Shown here: positions 30,914 through 40,071 of the stretch, one piece after another
How positions within the stretch are numbered: position 1 is the first letter of the stretch
Layout of the letters: every line of letters begins with the position of its first letter
From: an uncultured Acidobacteriota bacterium
Lineage (GTDB): Bacteria; Acidobacteriota; Thermoanaerobaculia; Gp7-AA8
Assembly (NCBI GenBank): GCA_963741955.1
Contig: CAVUKB010000007.1
Coordinates: forward strand, 384,001 to 448,000
Length of the DNA stretch: 64,000 bases
Direction: 5' to 3'
Made by a program: the position numbers and the translations under genes
Notes under the pieces: generated by a model
What the model saw: the letters and a program-made list of their open reading frames with translations, nothing else
The model's database searches: none
Told to the model about the DNA's origin: nothing

Positions 30914-31345
30914 TCAGGCGGCCCGCTTCGGGCGCTTCCTCGAGAGCTGGTGAACCGCATAGGCGGCGAGAAACGCGCCCCCCGTGATCCAGTGAAGCAC
31001 TGCCATCGAGCTCCGCAGCCATTCTGCTGTGCCGACCTGGAGAAGGTATCCGGAGAGCACCATCGGGGCGATCGACCAGAACGCCGCGAGCCCGCTCCGT
31101 CTCCTCTGTTTCAGGGGCAGCTGCCTCTTGAAAAGGATGTGATCGTGGAGGATCACTCCGAGCCCGAAGAGGAGAAGCGGTGCGAAAACCACATGGACGT
31201 CGAGCATGTACGGCTGTGCGGGATGGTTGGCCACCGCGAACGGATCGTCGGTCTTCATGAAGTACTTCATCCACGCGAACACGACCCCGGTCGCCGCGGT
31301 AACCGCGAACGTGAAGTGGAGATACCACGCCTCCAGCCGGGTCAT
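30914..31345 (-). CDS. Four-TM His-rich membrane protein, probable cytochrome b-like
   Basis: ATG 31345 overlaps upstream stop; His in or flanking helices (YLH, DVH, LHDH, LHWITGGAFLAAYAVH). Confidence 0.7.
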   Translation of the reverse strand: MTRLEAWYLHFTFAVTAATGVVFAWMKYFMKTDDPFAVANHPAQPYMLDVHVVFAPLLLFGLGVILHDHILFKRQLPLKQRRRSGLAAFWSIAPMVLSGYLLQVGTAEWLRSSMAVLHWITGGAFLAAYAVHQLSRKRPKRAA

Positions 31346-31899
31346 CGGGCTCCCTGCGACGCGGGTCGGTTTCCTTCGATGGCATGGTGAATCGCCAGGA
31401 TCTTCCGGGAGGCCCGAACGATCGCGCGACCGCTGAGACTTGCGCCGCTGATCGGCCGGATCGCCCTGTCGAGCGCAAGCTCGTCGTCGAGCGAGTGCCC
31501 GTCGAGCTGCTCGAGCCATCTCTCTTTCGGCAGATAATCCATCGGCTCGTTGAACGAGAGAATGTCCACGCGAGAGATCTTCCCGTCGGGCGTGACGAGC
31601 ACCATGATCGTCTCCGGAAGAGTCCTCACCCGGTGGGCGTCGAAATAGGCCCAGCCGATCACCTTTCCGTCCTTCACTCCGGCATAGCGAATCACGAGTT
31701 TGTCCTCGAAGTCGGAACCGCTCAGCCGCCGGGCAGTCTGGAGCTGTGCATCGGTGAGGAAGACCGTCTCACGACGGACGGTCGTACCGGGTGCGAACGC
31801 GGTGGAGAGTGCGTGCTGTTGATCCATGAAGACCCGCCCGTGAGCGACGGGCGGGGTCATCATGGCCAATACGAACGTGATTGAGATCAGGTATTTCAT
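31342..31899 (-). CDS. Exported FMN-binding domain protein
   Basis: Signal peptide MKYLISITFVLAMM; flavinylation motif ISGASLS. Confidence 0.88.
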   Translation of the reverse strand: MKYLISITFVLAMMTPPVAHGRVFMDQQHALSTAFAPGTTVRRETVFLTDAQLQTARRLSGSDFEDKLVIRYAGVKDGKVIGWAYFDAHRVRTLPETIMVLVTPDGKISRVDILSFNEPMDYLPKERWLEQLDGHSLDDELALDRAIRPISGASLSGRAIVRASRKILAIHHAIEGNRPASQGAR

Positions 31900-31916
31900 T
31901 TCGACTCTCTCCGGAA

Positions 31917-33305
31917 TCAGAAGATGTATCCGAGGGCGATGTTGAACTGATCGACGCCGCTGTTCTCCGCGTCGTCGCGGTTCTGGTAATCGACCTTGAT
32001 CACCGTCTGCGGGATCGGTTTCCATGCGACTCCGGTGGTGAGGGTGGTGACTTCGTTCTCCGGGTCGCGGACGAAGCCGGTGGGAACGCTCTTCTGGGTG
32101 TCGTAACTCTCGTAACGCACGTACGGGGTCACTGAATGAGCACCGAGAGAAAGAACGCTCGCGAGATCGAAGCCTGCTTCCGCGTACCATCCGCCGAACG
32201 TCTTTCCGATCGATTCTTCGCCGGTGAATCCGTTCGCGAGGTTCACCTGTGCGGCATCGCCGACCGATCCGGATGCCCAGAGCGCGCGGAGAGAGACGCC
32301 GCGGAGCCGCGCGCCTGCATGGAGCTCGCCGAGCGTGACCGGTGCGTCGAACGGTTCTCCCGACGGGGTCGTGCGTCCCTGAGCCGAGTTGCCCGAGTAG
32401 ATGGAGCCGCCGAATATCATCCCTTCCACGGGGCTGTAGTCGAGGCGTCCCACCAGAGCGAAGTCCTCAGCATGTGCGACCGACCCATGCTGTCGCCCTT
32501 CCCGGATTCCGTGTGCGGAGAAGTCCTCGGAATCGAGGCCGGATACGAGATATGCACGGTAGGAGATGTTGCCGGTCTCGCCGAAGAGTCCCGCTCCGAT
32601 CTCGCTCCAGGTGGTCGGAATGATCACCTGTTCCACGTCGGGGCGCTTCGCTCCGAGATACGCGGTCGGCTCGTGGAGCTCGTTGATCAGTCCGACCGGC
32701 ATGAGCATCATTCCGGCCCGGACGTTGAGTGCGGGGCGGGAGAGAAAGTCGAGATACCCGAACTCCATCTCCACCGCGCCGGCCTTCTCGGTGTTCGCGT
32801 GCTCGACTTCGAGCTCGGAATTGAAGAGAACCTTGTCGTTGAACTTGTATCCGGTGTAGAGAACCGCGCGGAGGTAATCGATCGAATCGCGGTGTGAATT
32901 CTCCTCTTCTTCTTCCTCCGCTGCGCGCAACGAATCCGTTTCCGCCTCTGCGGAGCTCGAGCTGAAGTTCTGGTACAGCATCTCGCCGTATCCTCCGAAA
33001 GAGACGCCGGGCGAGCTGCGGTAGACCTTCGACGCGGCGGCTCCGAGGCCGTGCTGTTGCGTCTCTGCTTCAGGAACCTTGCGCTCCACCTTCATCGACT
33101 CGATCTCTTCGGTCAGGATCTCGATCTGGCGCTGAATCTCTTTGATCTCCGCCGACTCCGGCTGCTGTTGCGACAGCTGCTGAATTCTGCTTTCGAGCGC
33201 TGTGATCCGAGCTTCCAGATCGTCGATCTTCTTCTGTTCCTGGGCGGCGAGAGGGAAAGCAAACAGAATTGCGAAAACAATGGTGAAGAAGAGGCCTGAC
33301 TTCAT
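31917..33305 (-). CDS. Outer-membrane porin-like beta-barrel with N-terminal coiled coil
   Basis: Signal peptide, coiled coil, FGGYGE, FNSELEVEH, PVGLINE.HEP, C-terminal ALGYIF. Confidence 0.85.
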   Translation of the reverse strand: MKSGLFFTIVFAILFAFPLAAQEQKKIDDLEARITALESRIQQLSQQQPESAEIKEIQRQIEILTEEIESMKVERKVPEAETQQHGLGAAASKVYRSSPGVSFGGYGEMLYQNFSSSSAEAETDSLRAAEEEEEENSHRDSIDYLRAVLYTGYKFNDKVLFNSELEVEHANTEKAGAVEMEFGYLDFLSRPALNVRAGMMLMPVGLINELHEPTAYLGAKRPDVEQVIIPTTWSEIGAGLFGETGNISYRAYLVSGLDSEDFSAHGIREGRQHGSVAHAEDFALVGRLDYSPVEGMIFGGSIYSGNSAQGRTTPSGEPFDAPVTLGELHAGARLRGVSLRALWASGSVGDAAQVNLANGFTGEESIGKTFGGWYAEAGFDLASVLSLGAHSVTPYVRYESYDTQKSVPTGFVRDPENEVTTLTTGVAWKPIPQTVIKVDYQNRDDAENSGVDQFNIALGYIF

Positions 33306-33315
33306 CGAATGATCC

Positions 33316-34371
33316 TCATTTCCTTTGTGATGCGATCTCTTCCAGATCGAATTGCCTGCGGAACGCGAACGTGGCCCGGATTGCGTGATTCCTGCTCGAC
33401 GGGAGGATGTAGACCGCGGCGATTCCGTGACGGTCTGCCCAATCGACTCCGTCGTCGGGACCCATGACGTAGAGAGCAGTGGAGAGGATGTCGGCGAGAA
33501 GCGGATCGTCATTGATGACCGAAACGGATCCGCGCGGCGGGAGAGCGTCACCGGTGCGTGGATCGATGATGTGGGTGAACCGCTTTCCGTCCACCTCGAA
33601 CGTCTGTTCACTGCCGGAGCTCGTCGCGATCGAGCCGTGGTCCATGCGCACGACCGCAAACGGAGCCTGGCGTGCCTCGGGATCGGCGATGGCGATCTCG
33701 ACCGGCTCATGGAATCCGAAAAGCGCGACCTGACCCCCGAAGTCGATCACCGCGTGGGGAACATTCCGAGAGCGGAGGACGTCGAGCGCCCGGCCGATTG
33801 CGTATCCCTTTCCGAAGCCTCCTTCTTCGATCACCGCGCCGCGGTGGCGCGTGATGGTCCCCTCGAGCCATCCGATCTCCACGTTCGTCGGATCGACCCT
33901 GACGAGAGCGCGACGGATTGCCTCCCGACCGGGGAAGGACCCTTCTTCGCGGGTCTTCCAGAGCCGGACCAGTGGACCGACGAGCGGGTTGAACGCCCCG
34001 CCTGTTTCGCCGGTCCAGTGAAATGCAGTCCGAAGGAGTGTGAGGAGCTCCGAGCGAACCGGAACCGGAGCATCCAGCGGAGCGCGATTGATTCGCGAGA
34101 GCTCGCTGTCGTCCCGCCAGGTCGAGAGAAACGTTTCGATCCGTGCGATCTCGTCGAAAGCAGGCTCGATGCTCTTCTCCTGGCCGGCGGGTACGGTAAT
34201 CCGGCAGATGGTCCCCATCAGGAATCTGGCGTGGGTGACGGAATCGGTGACAGGAGTCGAACCAGCTGCTCTTCCGCCACCGGACCGCTGCGGTGAGGAC
34301 GTTCCGGAGGGAGCCGCGAAGACATTGGGAGCCAGGAAGAGCAAGCAGACCGCGATCGCTATTTGAGACAA
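33316..34371 (-). CDS. apbE: FAD:protein FMN transferase
   Basis: FLMGT, DSELSRIN, GAFNPLVGPL, GGFGKGY, DFGG, IATS, HIIDPRTG, ADILSTA; start TTG 34371 (or GTG 34428). Confidence 0.93.
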   Translation of the reverse strand: MSQIAIAVCLLFLAPNVFAAPSGTSSPQRSGGGRAAGSTPVTDSVTHARFLMGTICRITVPAGQEKSIEPAFDEIARIETFLSTWRDDSELSRINRAPLDAPVPVRSELLTLLRTAFHWTGETGGAFNPLVGPLVRLWKTREEGSFPGREAIRRALVRVDPTNVEIGWLEGTITRHRGAVIEEGGFGKGYAIGRALDVLRSRNVPHAVIDFGGQVALFGFHEPVEIAIADPEARQAPFAVVRMDHGSIATSSGSEQTFEVDGKRFTHIIDPRTGDALPPRGSVSVINDDPLLADILSTALYVMGPDDGVDWADRHGIAAVYILPSSRNHAIRATFAFRRQFDLEEIASQRK

Positions 34372-34379
34372 CGTCTCAA
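34363..34379. promoter_or_regulatory. Palindromic operator, second copy
   Basis: TTGAGAC-AAC-GTCTCAA over the probable apbE start codon. Confidence 0.7.
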
Positions 34380-34424
34380 AATTACGAAAGACACGCGTTC
34401 GCCTGGATCGAGTACCGGATGAGA

Positions 34425-35090
34425 TCACTGCGGCCTGACCTCCGGGCGAACGAAGATCTCGTTCGCGATCTCTTCCTCCACCGCGATCGATGTTTCACCG
34501 CACGCAATGACGATGGAGGGACGCCGCTGCATCAGGCGGACCGTCGTTCCCGGAATGACGCCCAGCATCGCGAGCCGGTTGAGCCGCGAGCTCGAGCGCG
34601 GTGTGATGAAGACGATCTTGCCACTGCCGCCGACCGGAAGATCGTACAGACGGGTGATGAGCGGCTCGACCTTGCGGTCGAACTTCCTGCAGCAGAGTCC
34701 CTGAGGAATCGGTTTCCCATGCGGACATTTCGGAGGATGGCCGAGGAACGTGCAGACCCGGTCGACGACCCGCTCGGAGAGCATGTGCTCGAACTCGCAC
34801 GCCGAGGCTTCCGCCTCGTACATGTCGGCCTCCAGCACCTCGGTGAAGAGAATCTCGGCCAGACGGTGCCGCCGGACGATGCCGCGGGCGCGTTCTTCAC
34901 CCACGGGGAGAAGCTCGATGAGCGGATGGAGCCGTACGGCATTGGCGGCGGTCAACTCGGCCAGAGCCGCGTCGAGATTCACCTGAGCGACCTGGACCCG
35001 CAGATCCTCCGCTCTTTCCACCGGGCGGCCCGATTCGCGGAGATACCAGAGTCTTTCGAGAACTTCGTCCGTGACTGGATGTTCGATCAT
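34425..35090 (-). CDS. DtxR/IdeR-type metal-binding protein with C-terminal FeoA domain
   Basis: RRHRLAE, ACEFEH, LGHPPKCPHGKPIP; FeoA-like RLAMLGVIPGTTV; ATG 35090 overlaps upstream stop. Confidence 0.9.
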   Translation of the reverse strand: MIEHPVTDEVLERLWYLRESGRPVERAEDLRVQVAQVNLDAALAELTAANAVRLHPLIELLPVGEERARGIVRRHRLAEILFTEVLEADMYEAEASACEFEHMLSERVVDRVCTFLGHPPKCPHGKPIPQGLCCRKFDRKVEPLITRLYDLPVGGSGKIVFITPRSSSRLNRLAMLGVIPGTTVRLMQRRPSIVIACGETSIAVEEEIANEIFVRPEVRPQ

Positions 35091-35287
35091 GAGGCCTTGG
35101 CTTCCTTGCGGAGTTTCCTGAACAGGCCACGGAAGATGTCGACCACTGCGCTGTCTTCCACGAATTCGTAATTGCAGCGCGGGCACTTCACCATCCGGCA
35201 GCCGTGCGACATCGGGCAGCTGGAGTGGCAGTTCGCGCCGAAGAATTCGTTCGAGCAGAGGGGGCAGGTGTAGATCTTGTCGTCCAT
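35087..35287 (-). CDS. Small Cys-rich metal-binding protein
   Basis: CPLC, CHSSC, GC, CPRC (7 Cys in 66 aa) between feoB and DtxR-FeoA. Confidence 0.8.
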   Translation of the reverse strand: MDDKIYTCPLCSNEFFGANCHSSCPMSHGCRMVKCPRCNYEFVEDSAVVDIFRGLFRKLRKEAKAS

Positions 35288-35299
35288 CGCAGCCGGTTC

Positions 35300-37363
35300 C
35301 TACGCGAGGTTCACGTGAAGACGGGTGAGCACTTCGTACAGGATCCAGCCGATGCCGAACGCGTACGGAATGATGAATGCGGTCATGTAGAGCGCGCTTC
35401 GGACGCCGCGCTCCTTGATCATCACGAAGAAGTTCGCGATGCAGGGAATGAAGAGCGTGATCACCGAGAGTGAGACCACGGTCTGGATCGGATCGAGCTG
35501 ACCTTGCCGCTGCAGCATGAAGAGTCCGGCGGCACCGTAATCGCGACGGAGAAATCCGACCAGGAAGGCGTTCGACGCTTCGATCGGCAGGTGGAGTACT
35601 CCGACGATCAGCGGGGAGATCGCCTTCTGGAAGATCACCAGCGTTCCGGTCAGATCGGCCACGTAGAGAATGAGCGTTCCGATGACGAAGAGAGGGACCG
35701 CCTCCTTCAGATACCACTCCATCCGCGCGACGACCTTGATCAGGATGTTGCCCAGCTTCGGGCGACGGATCGGAGGCAGCTCGAGGAGAAAATCGGAGCG
35801 ATCTCCCTTGATGATCTTGGAGGAGAGAAAACCGACCAGGAAAATGGTTCCCCCGACCACCGACAACCAGACCAGAGTCGCGGTGAAATTCAAGGCGCCG
35901 AGCATGGCCATGATCACCCCGAGCTGGGCAGAACATGGAACGCCCAGAGCCAGAAGAAGAGTCACGATGACGCGTTCTTTCCTGGTCTCGAGAATTCGAG
36001 TGGTGAGCGTCGCCATGGTGTCGCAGCCGAGTCCGAGCACCATCGGAAGGACGGCCTTGCCGTTCAGTCCCATCGCGCGGAAGATCCGGTTGATCATCAC
36101 CGCGAGCCGCGGGAGATATCCCGAATCCTCCAGGATCCCGAAGAAGATGAAGAACGTACCGACCACCGGCAGCACGATGGCAATCGCATAAGTCAGAGCC
36201 ATCGTGACCACGCCGTACGGCCCGACGATCAGATCGTGAAGGAACCGGGCAACGGTATGCCAGCCGGAGACGCTCCCGGTGAGCGTGTACTGCGCGGTGA
36301 TGACTCCGTCGACGATCAGGTGATGGTGCGGAAACCGGAAGATCGCATCCAGGCCGTGAATCAGCCACGGATTCAGGAATCCGTTGAAGACGGTGTTTTC
36401 GAGAAAATCGACCAGGGTGCCGGCGCCGATCTTTCCGACGAAGAACCAGGCGAAGAAGAGGACGAGCCCGAGGAAGGGAAGGCCCCAGATGCGGTGCATG
36501 GTGATCCCGCCGAGCCATGCCCTCACGCCGCTGTTCTCCTCGGCTGCGGCGGTGAAGACTTCCTGGAGAATACGGTCGACCACGGCGAGCCGGTTCCTGC
36601 TGATCCGGTAGGCGAGCGGCTCCGCGAGACCTTTCTGCGTCTCTTCACGCACCAGGTCGAAGTAGCTCAGCGTATCCGGCGTCACCCGCTCGGAGAGGAA
36701 GTCGGTAAGGGTATCGTCGCCTGCGAGAATGGCCACCGCCACCGCACGCTTCTCTCGCCCCATCGTCTCGGGCAGGCGGTCGACGATGCGGGCGATGCCC
36801 TCCTCGAGATCGTCGTCGTAGTCGATGCGGTAGCTGGACTGTCGTGGTGAGAGTGCCTCGCGACGGAGCCGCTCGACGCCCCAGCGACGGATCGCCGAGG
36901 TCTCGATCACGGAGACGCCCAGAATCTCGGAGAGGAGCTCGATCTTCGTGGAGATGCCGCGCTCGCGTGCCTCGTCGACCATATTCAGACAGAGGGTGAA
37001 AGGGACGCCCCATTCGGCGATCTGAATGGTGAGAAGGAGTGTCCGGCGCAGGTTCTTCATGTCTCCGACGTGGATCACGTCCGCATCGGCCGCATCCAGG
37101 AGAACGTCCCGGGTGACTCTTTCGTCCTCCGACTGCGGAATCAGGGAGTTCGTTCCGGGGGTGTCGATGACCTCCCGTTGTTCCGATCCGAACGTCGCAG
37201 TGCCACGCGTGATCTCCACCGTGGTGCCGGGATAATTCGAGACGGTCACGTATTTGCCGGTGAGCGCCCCGAAGATCACGGACTTGCCGACATTGGGGTT
37301 TCCCACCAGCACCAGGCGGCGTCGTGAGGGAGCGGGCGTTTCGAGAATCGGTTCGGCGGTCAT
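35300..37363 (-). CDS. feoB: Ferrous iron transporter B
   Basis: GNPNVGKS, NYPGTTV, DTPG, NMVDE, LEDSGYLPR, GLGC, VPCSAQ, FLLELP, FIPCIA. Confidence 0.97.
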   Translation of the reverse strand: MTAEPILETPAPSRRRLVLVGNPNVGKSVIFGALTGKYVTVSNYPGTTVEITRGTATFGSEQREVIDTPGTNSLIPQSEDERVTRDVLLDAADADVIHVGDMKNLRRTLLLTIQIAEWGVPFTLCLNMVDEARERGISTKIELLSEILGVSVIETSAIRRWGVERLRREALSPRQSSYRIDYDDDLEEGIARIVDRLPETMGREKRAVAVAILAGDDTLTDFLSERVTPDTLSYFDLVREETQKGLAEPLAYRISRNRLAVVDRILQEVFTAAAEENSGVRAWLGGITMHRIWGLPFLGLVLFFAWFFVGKIGAGTLVDFLENTVFNGFLNPWLIHGLDAIFRFPHHHLIVDGVITAQYTLTGSVSGWHTVARFLHDLIVGPYGVVTMALTYAIAIVLPVVGTFFIFFGILEDSGYLPRLAVMINRIFRAMGLNGKAVLPMVLGLGCDTMATLTTRILETRKERVIVTLLLALGVPCSAQLGVIMAMLGALNFTATLVWLSVVGGTIFLVGFLSSKIIKGDRSDFLLELPPIRRPKLGNILIKVVARMEWYLKEAVPLFVIGTLILYVADLTGTLVIFQKAISPLIVGVLHLPIEASNAFLVGFLRRDYGAAGLFMLQRQGQLDPIQTVVSLSVITLFIPCIANFFVMIKERGVRSALYMTAFIIPYAFGIGWILYEVLTRLHVNLA

Positions 37364-37872
37364 TTACGAAGACTCTTTTCGTTGATCTGGATCATCTTGA
37401 CGCGGTCGGGAGAGTCGGGCTGCTCTCCTTTCTTCCGGCACGCGTCGCAAATCCCGAGGATCTGAAGGTTGAGAAACGTCGGAGTGAACTTGCGACGGGC
37501 ACAAATCTCCCGCTGCCGTTGCTGGAGCTCAGCATCGTGGAACTCGAGCACTCCTCCGCAGGCGGTGCAGACGAGGTGATCGTGATGCGAGTTCGACGAG
37601 ACGTGCTCGTAGTGGTAGTGGTCTTCTCCCAGATGCACCCGCCGCACGAGTCCGGAGCGGACCAGAAGGTCGAGCGTCCGGTAGACCGTGGCCCGGGAGA
37701 TCTTCAGGCCCTTTTCCTTCATCCGGAAGAGGAGCTCGTCCGCTTCGAAGTGGTAGTGAGCGGAAAAGATCTCCTCGATCAGCGCGGTGCGCTCGGCGGT
37801 GAGCTTCAGACCGTTCTCGGCCAGAAAGCTCTGGAACCGGGTCATTTCGCGCTTCAGTGTCGTATCCGGCAT
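37360..37872 (-). CDS. fur: Fur-family transcriptional repressor
   Basis: TAER, HFEADEL, SRATVYRTL, HHDHLVCTACG, CDAC. Confidence 0.92.
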   Translation of the reverse strand: MPDTTLKREMTRFQSFLAENGLKLTAERTALIEEIFSAHYHFEADELLFRMKEKGLKISRATVYRTLDLLVRSGLVRRVHLGEDHYHYEHVSSNSHHDHLVCTACGGVLEFHDAELQQRQREICARRKFTPTFLNLQILGICDACRKKGEQPDSPDRVKMIQINEKSLRK

Positions 37873-37890
37873 GTTCGGCGATCCCCAATG

Positions 37891-37907
37891 TTGAGACTGA
37901 GTCTCAA
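37891..37907. promoter_or_regulatory. Palindromic operator (Fur-box-like) upstream of fur
   Basis: TTGAGACT-G-AGTCTCAA, perfect inverted repeat 18 bp before the fur ATG. Confidence 0.8.
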
Positions 37908-37958
37908 TTGCTGATGGAAAGTTTATGCCCGGTCCATGGTGCTGTCAAATGACTTACG

Positions 37959-39080
37959 TCACACCCCTCGTGTGACCTGTGTGTAGAGCTCGACGTAGCG
38001 CGGGACGATCCGGTCCATCCCGAACCGCTCGATCGCGTCCGACCGGCCGGCCCGCCCCATCCGCGTCCGGAGCTCCTCATCCCGGAGAATCTCGGTTGCC
38101 CTCTCGGCCATTCCCGCCACATCGCCCACCGGGCGCAGGTACCCCGTCTCCCCTTCGGTGACCACCTCCGGAAGACCGCCGCTCCGGGTCGCGATCACCG
38201 GCACTTCCGACGCCATCGCTTCGAGTGCCGCCATCCCGAACGACTCGTGCTCGGAAGGGAGCAGCAGGAGATCGCAGCTTCCGATCACCGACTCCACCTC
38301 CGGGAACTGGCCGAGGAAGTAGACCTCGTGAATCAGACCGAGCTCACGACAGAGCGCTTCGGCCTTCGATCGCTCCGGCCCGTCTCCGACCATGATCAGG
38401 CGGCTCGGCACCTCCTCCCGTACCCGGCGGAACACTTCGATCACGTCGAGTACGCGTTTCACCGGGCGGAAGTTCGAGACGTGGCAGATCAGCTTCTTCT
38501 GGGAGTGCGCGAACATCTCGAACGGAAGGTGATTGCGGCGGAACCGTTCCGGATCGACGAAGTTCGGGATCACGTGAATCTCGTTGGAGGTGTGGAAGTC
38601 GCGGATCGTCTCGTCGCGCAGCCATCCGGAGACCGCAGTCACTGCATCCGACGATTCGATTCCGAAGCGGGTGATCGGGAGATAGCTCGCATCGCGACCG
38701 ACCAGGGTGATGTCCGTTCCATGCAGCGTGGTGACCACCTTCAGCTTCTGCTCGCCGAGAATCTGTCGCGCGAGGTGGGCGCTGATGGCGTGCGGAATGG
38801 CGTAATGGACGTGCAGAACGTCGAGCCCTTCGTACTCCGCGACTTCGGCCATCTTCGTGGCGAGTGCGAGTGTGTAGGGAGGAAAGTCGCCGAAGAGCGG
38901 ATACGGTGTCACGCTGACTTCGTGGAAGTGGAGACGCTCGTGCAGCAGATGAAGACGCGACGGAAGCGCATAGCTGATGAAGTGCACTTCGTTTCCGAGG
39001 TTTGCCAGTGCGATTCCGAGCTCGGTCGCGACGACGCCCGAGCCGCCGAACGTCGGATAGCAGGTGATCCCGATCCTCAC
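37959..39080 (-). CDS. bshA: N-acetyl-alpha-D-glucosaminyl L-malate synthase
   Basis: RIGITCYPTFGGSGVVATELG, HVHYAIPHA, TTLHGTDITLVG, HVSNFRPVKR, ESFG. Confidence 0.96.
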   Translation of the reverse strand: MRIGITCYPTFGGSGVVATELGIALANLGNEVHFISYALPSRLHLLHERLHFHEVSVTPYPLFGDFPPYTLALATKMAEVAEYEGLDVLHVHYAIPHAISAHLARQILGEQKLKVVTTLHGTDITLVGRDASYLPITRFGIESSDAVTAVSGWLRDETIRDFHTSNEIHVIPNFVDPERFRRNHLPFEMFAHSQKKLICHVSNFRPVKRVLDVIEVFRRVREEVPSRLIMVGDGPERSKAEALCRELGLIHEVYFLGQFPEVESVIGSCDLLLLPSEHESFGMAALEAMASEVPVIATRSGGLPEVVTEGETGYLRPVGDVAGMAERATEILRDEELRTRMGRAGRSDAIERFGMDRIVPRYVELYTQVTRGV

Positions 39081-39805
39081 GAGAGCTCCCGGCCGCGATA
39101 CGCTGCGATGACGTCGTCGATCCGCGGTGGCTGCTTGGTCACGAATGCCTCGCCGAGCTTCGCGCCGGCGAGCGTTCCGAAGTGCCGCGCCCGTGCCTCG
39201 ATCATGTCGATGAACGACCTCTGCGAGATCCAGGTCTCGGGCTCGTTCGAGGCGGGATTGTAGAACTGCGATCTGAACGCGGCGAGCGCCTCCATCTTCT
39301 TCGGAAATGCCGCCGTCACGTCGACTACGAACGTCGGATGCTGGATGTAATTCTGCGGGTAGTAGATCACCACCTGCGGCCGATGGGGCGCCTGACCCGT
39401 ATCGATCTTCGCGAGGCCCGAATAGAACCAGGCGTCCGTGACCAGCTGTCCGGTGCGGCCGTGATCGGGATGCCGATCGTCGGGCCACGGCGCGTAGATC
39501 ACCGCGGGCCGTCTGGAGCGGAGGATCCGGATGATCTCGATCTCCTCCTCCCGTCCGTGCCGGAGATTGCCGTCGCCGAAATCGAGGGTCTCGCGGAATG
39601 ATGCGCCGAGAATCGCTGCCGACTCGAGCGACTCCTCGCGCCGCTGTTCCGGAGTTCCTCGGGTTCCCATCTCCGCCCGGGTCAGGTCGACGATTCCGAC
39701 TTTCGACCCGCGCCCGACCATGGTCACGATGGTTCCCCCGCAGCCGATCTCGACGTCGTCGGCGTGGGCGCCGAAGAAAATCATGTCGACGTTTTCGGTT
39801 GTCAT
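39077..39805 (-). CDS. bshB1: Bacillithiol biosynthesis deacetylase
   Basis: GAHADDVEIGCGGT, DLTRAEMGTRGT, DRHPDH, SQFY. Confidence 0.93.
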   Translation of the reverse strand: MTTENVDMIFFGAHADDVEIGCGGTIVTMVGRGSKVGIVDLTRAEMGTRGTPEQRREESLESAAILGASFRETLDFGDGNLRHGREEEIEIIRILRSRRPAVIYAPWPDDRHPDHGRTGQLVTDAWFYSGLAKIDTGQAPHRPQVVIYYPQNYIQHPTFVVDVTAAFPKKMEALAAFRSQFYNPASNEPETWISQRSFIDMIEARARHFGTLAGAKLGEAFVTKQPPRIDDVIAAYRGRELS

Positions 39806-39870
39806 GTCACCTCGCCAGGATCTGTGCTCTGCCCGAACGGGCAACGGGGAGAGTACCACCGGGGAGGGGC

Positions 39871-40006
39871 GAGGATCGAGGATCTGAAAGGCATCGAGGA
39901 TCGAGGATCTGAAAGACATCGAGGATCGAGGATTGAGGATCGAGGATCTGAAAGACATCGAGGATTGAGGATCGAGGATTGAGGAACGAGGGTCGAGGGG
40001 GAGGAC
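39871..40006. repeat. GAGGATC heptamer tandem tract with three TGAAAG(A/G)CATC spacers
   Basis: Directly visible between bshB1 and bshC. Confidence 0.95.
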
Positions 40007-40071
40007 GTCACCATCCCGGCTCCGGATCGGACGTAAAGGAGGCTTCCGGTTGCTCGAGCCCGGGCGAAGGA

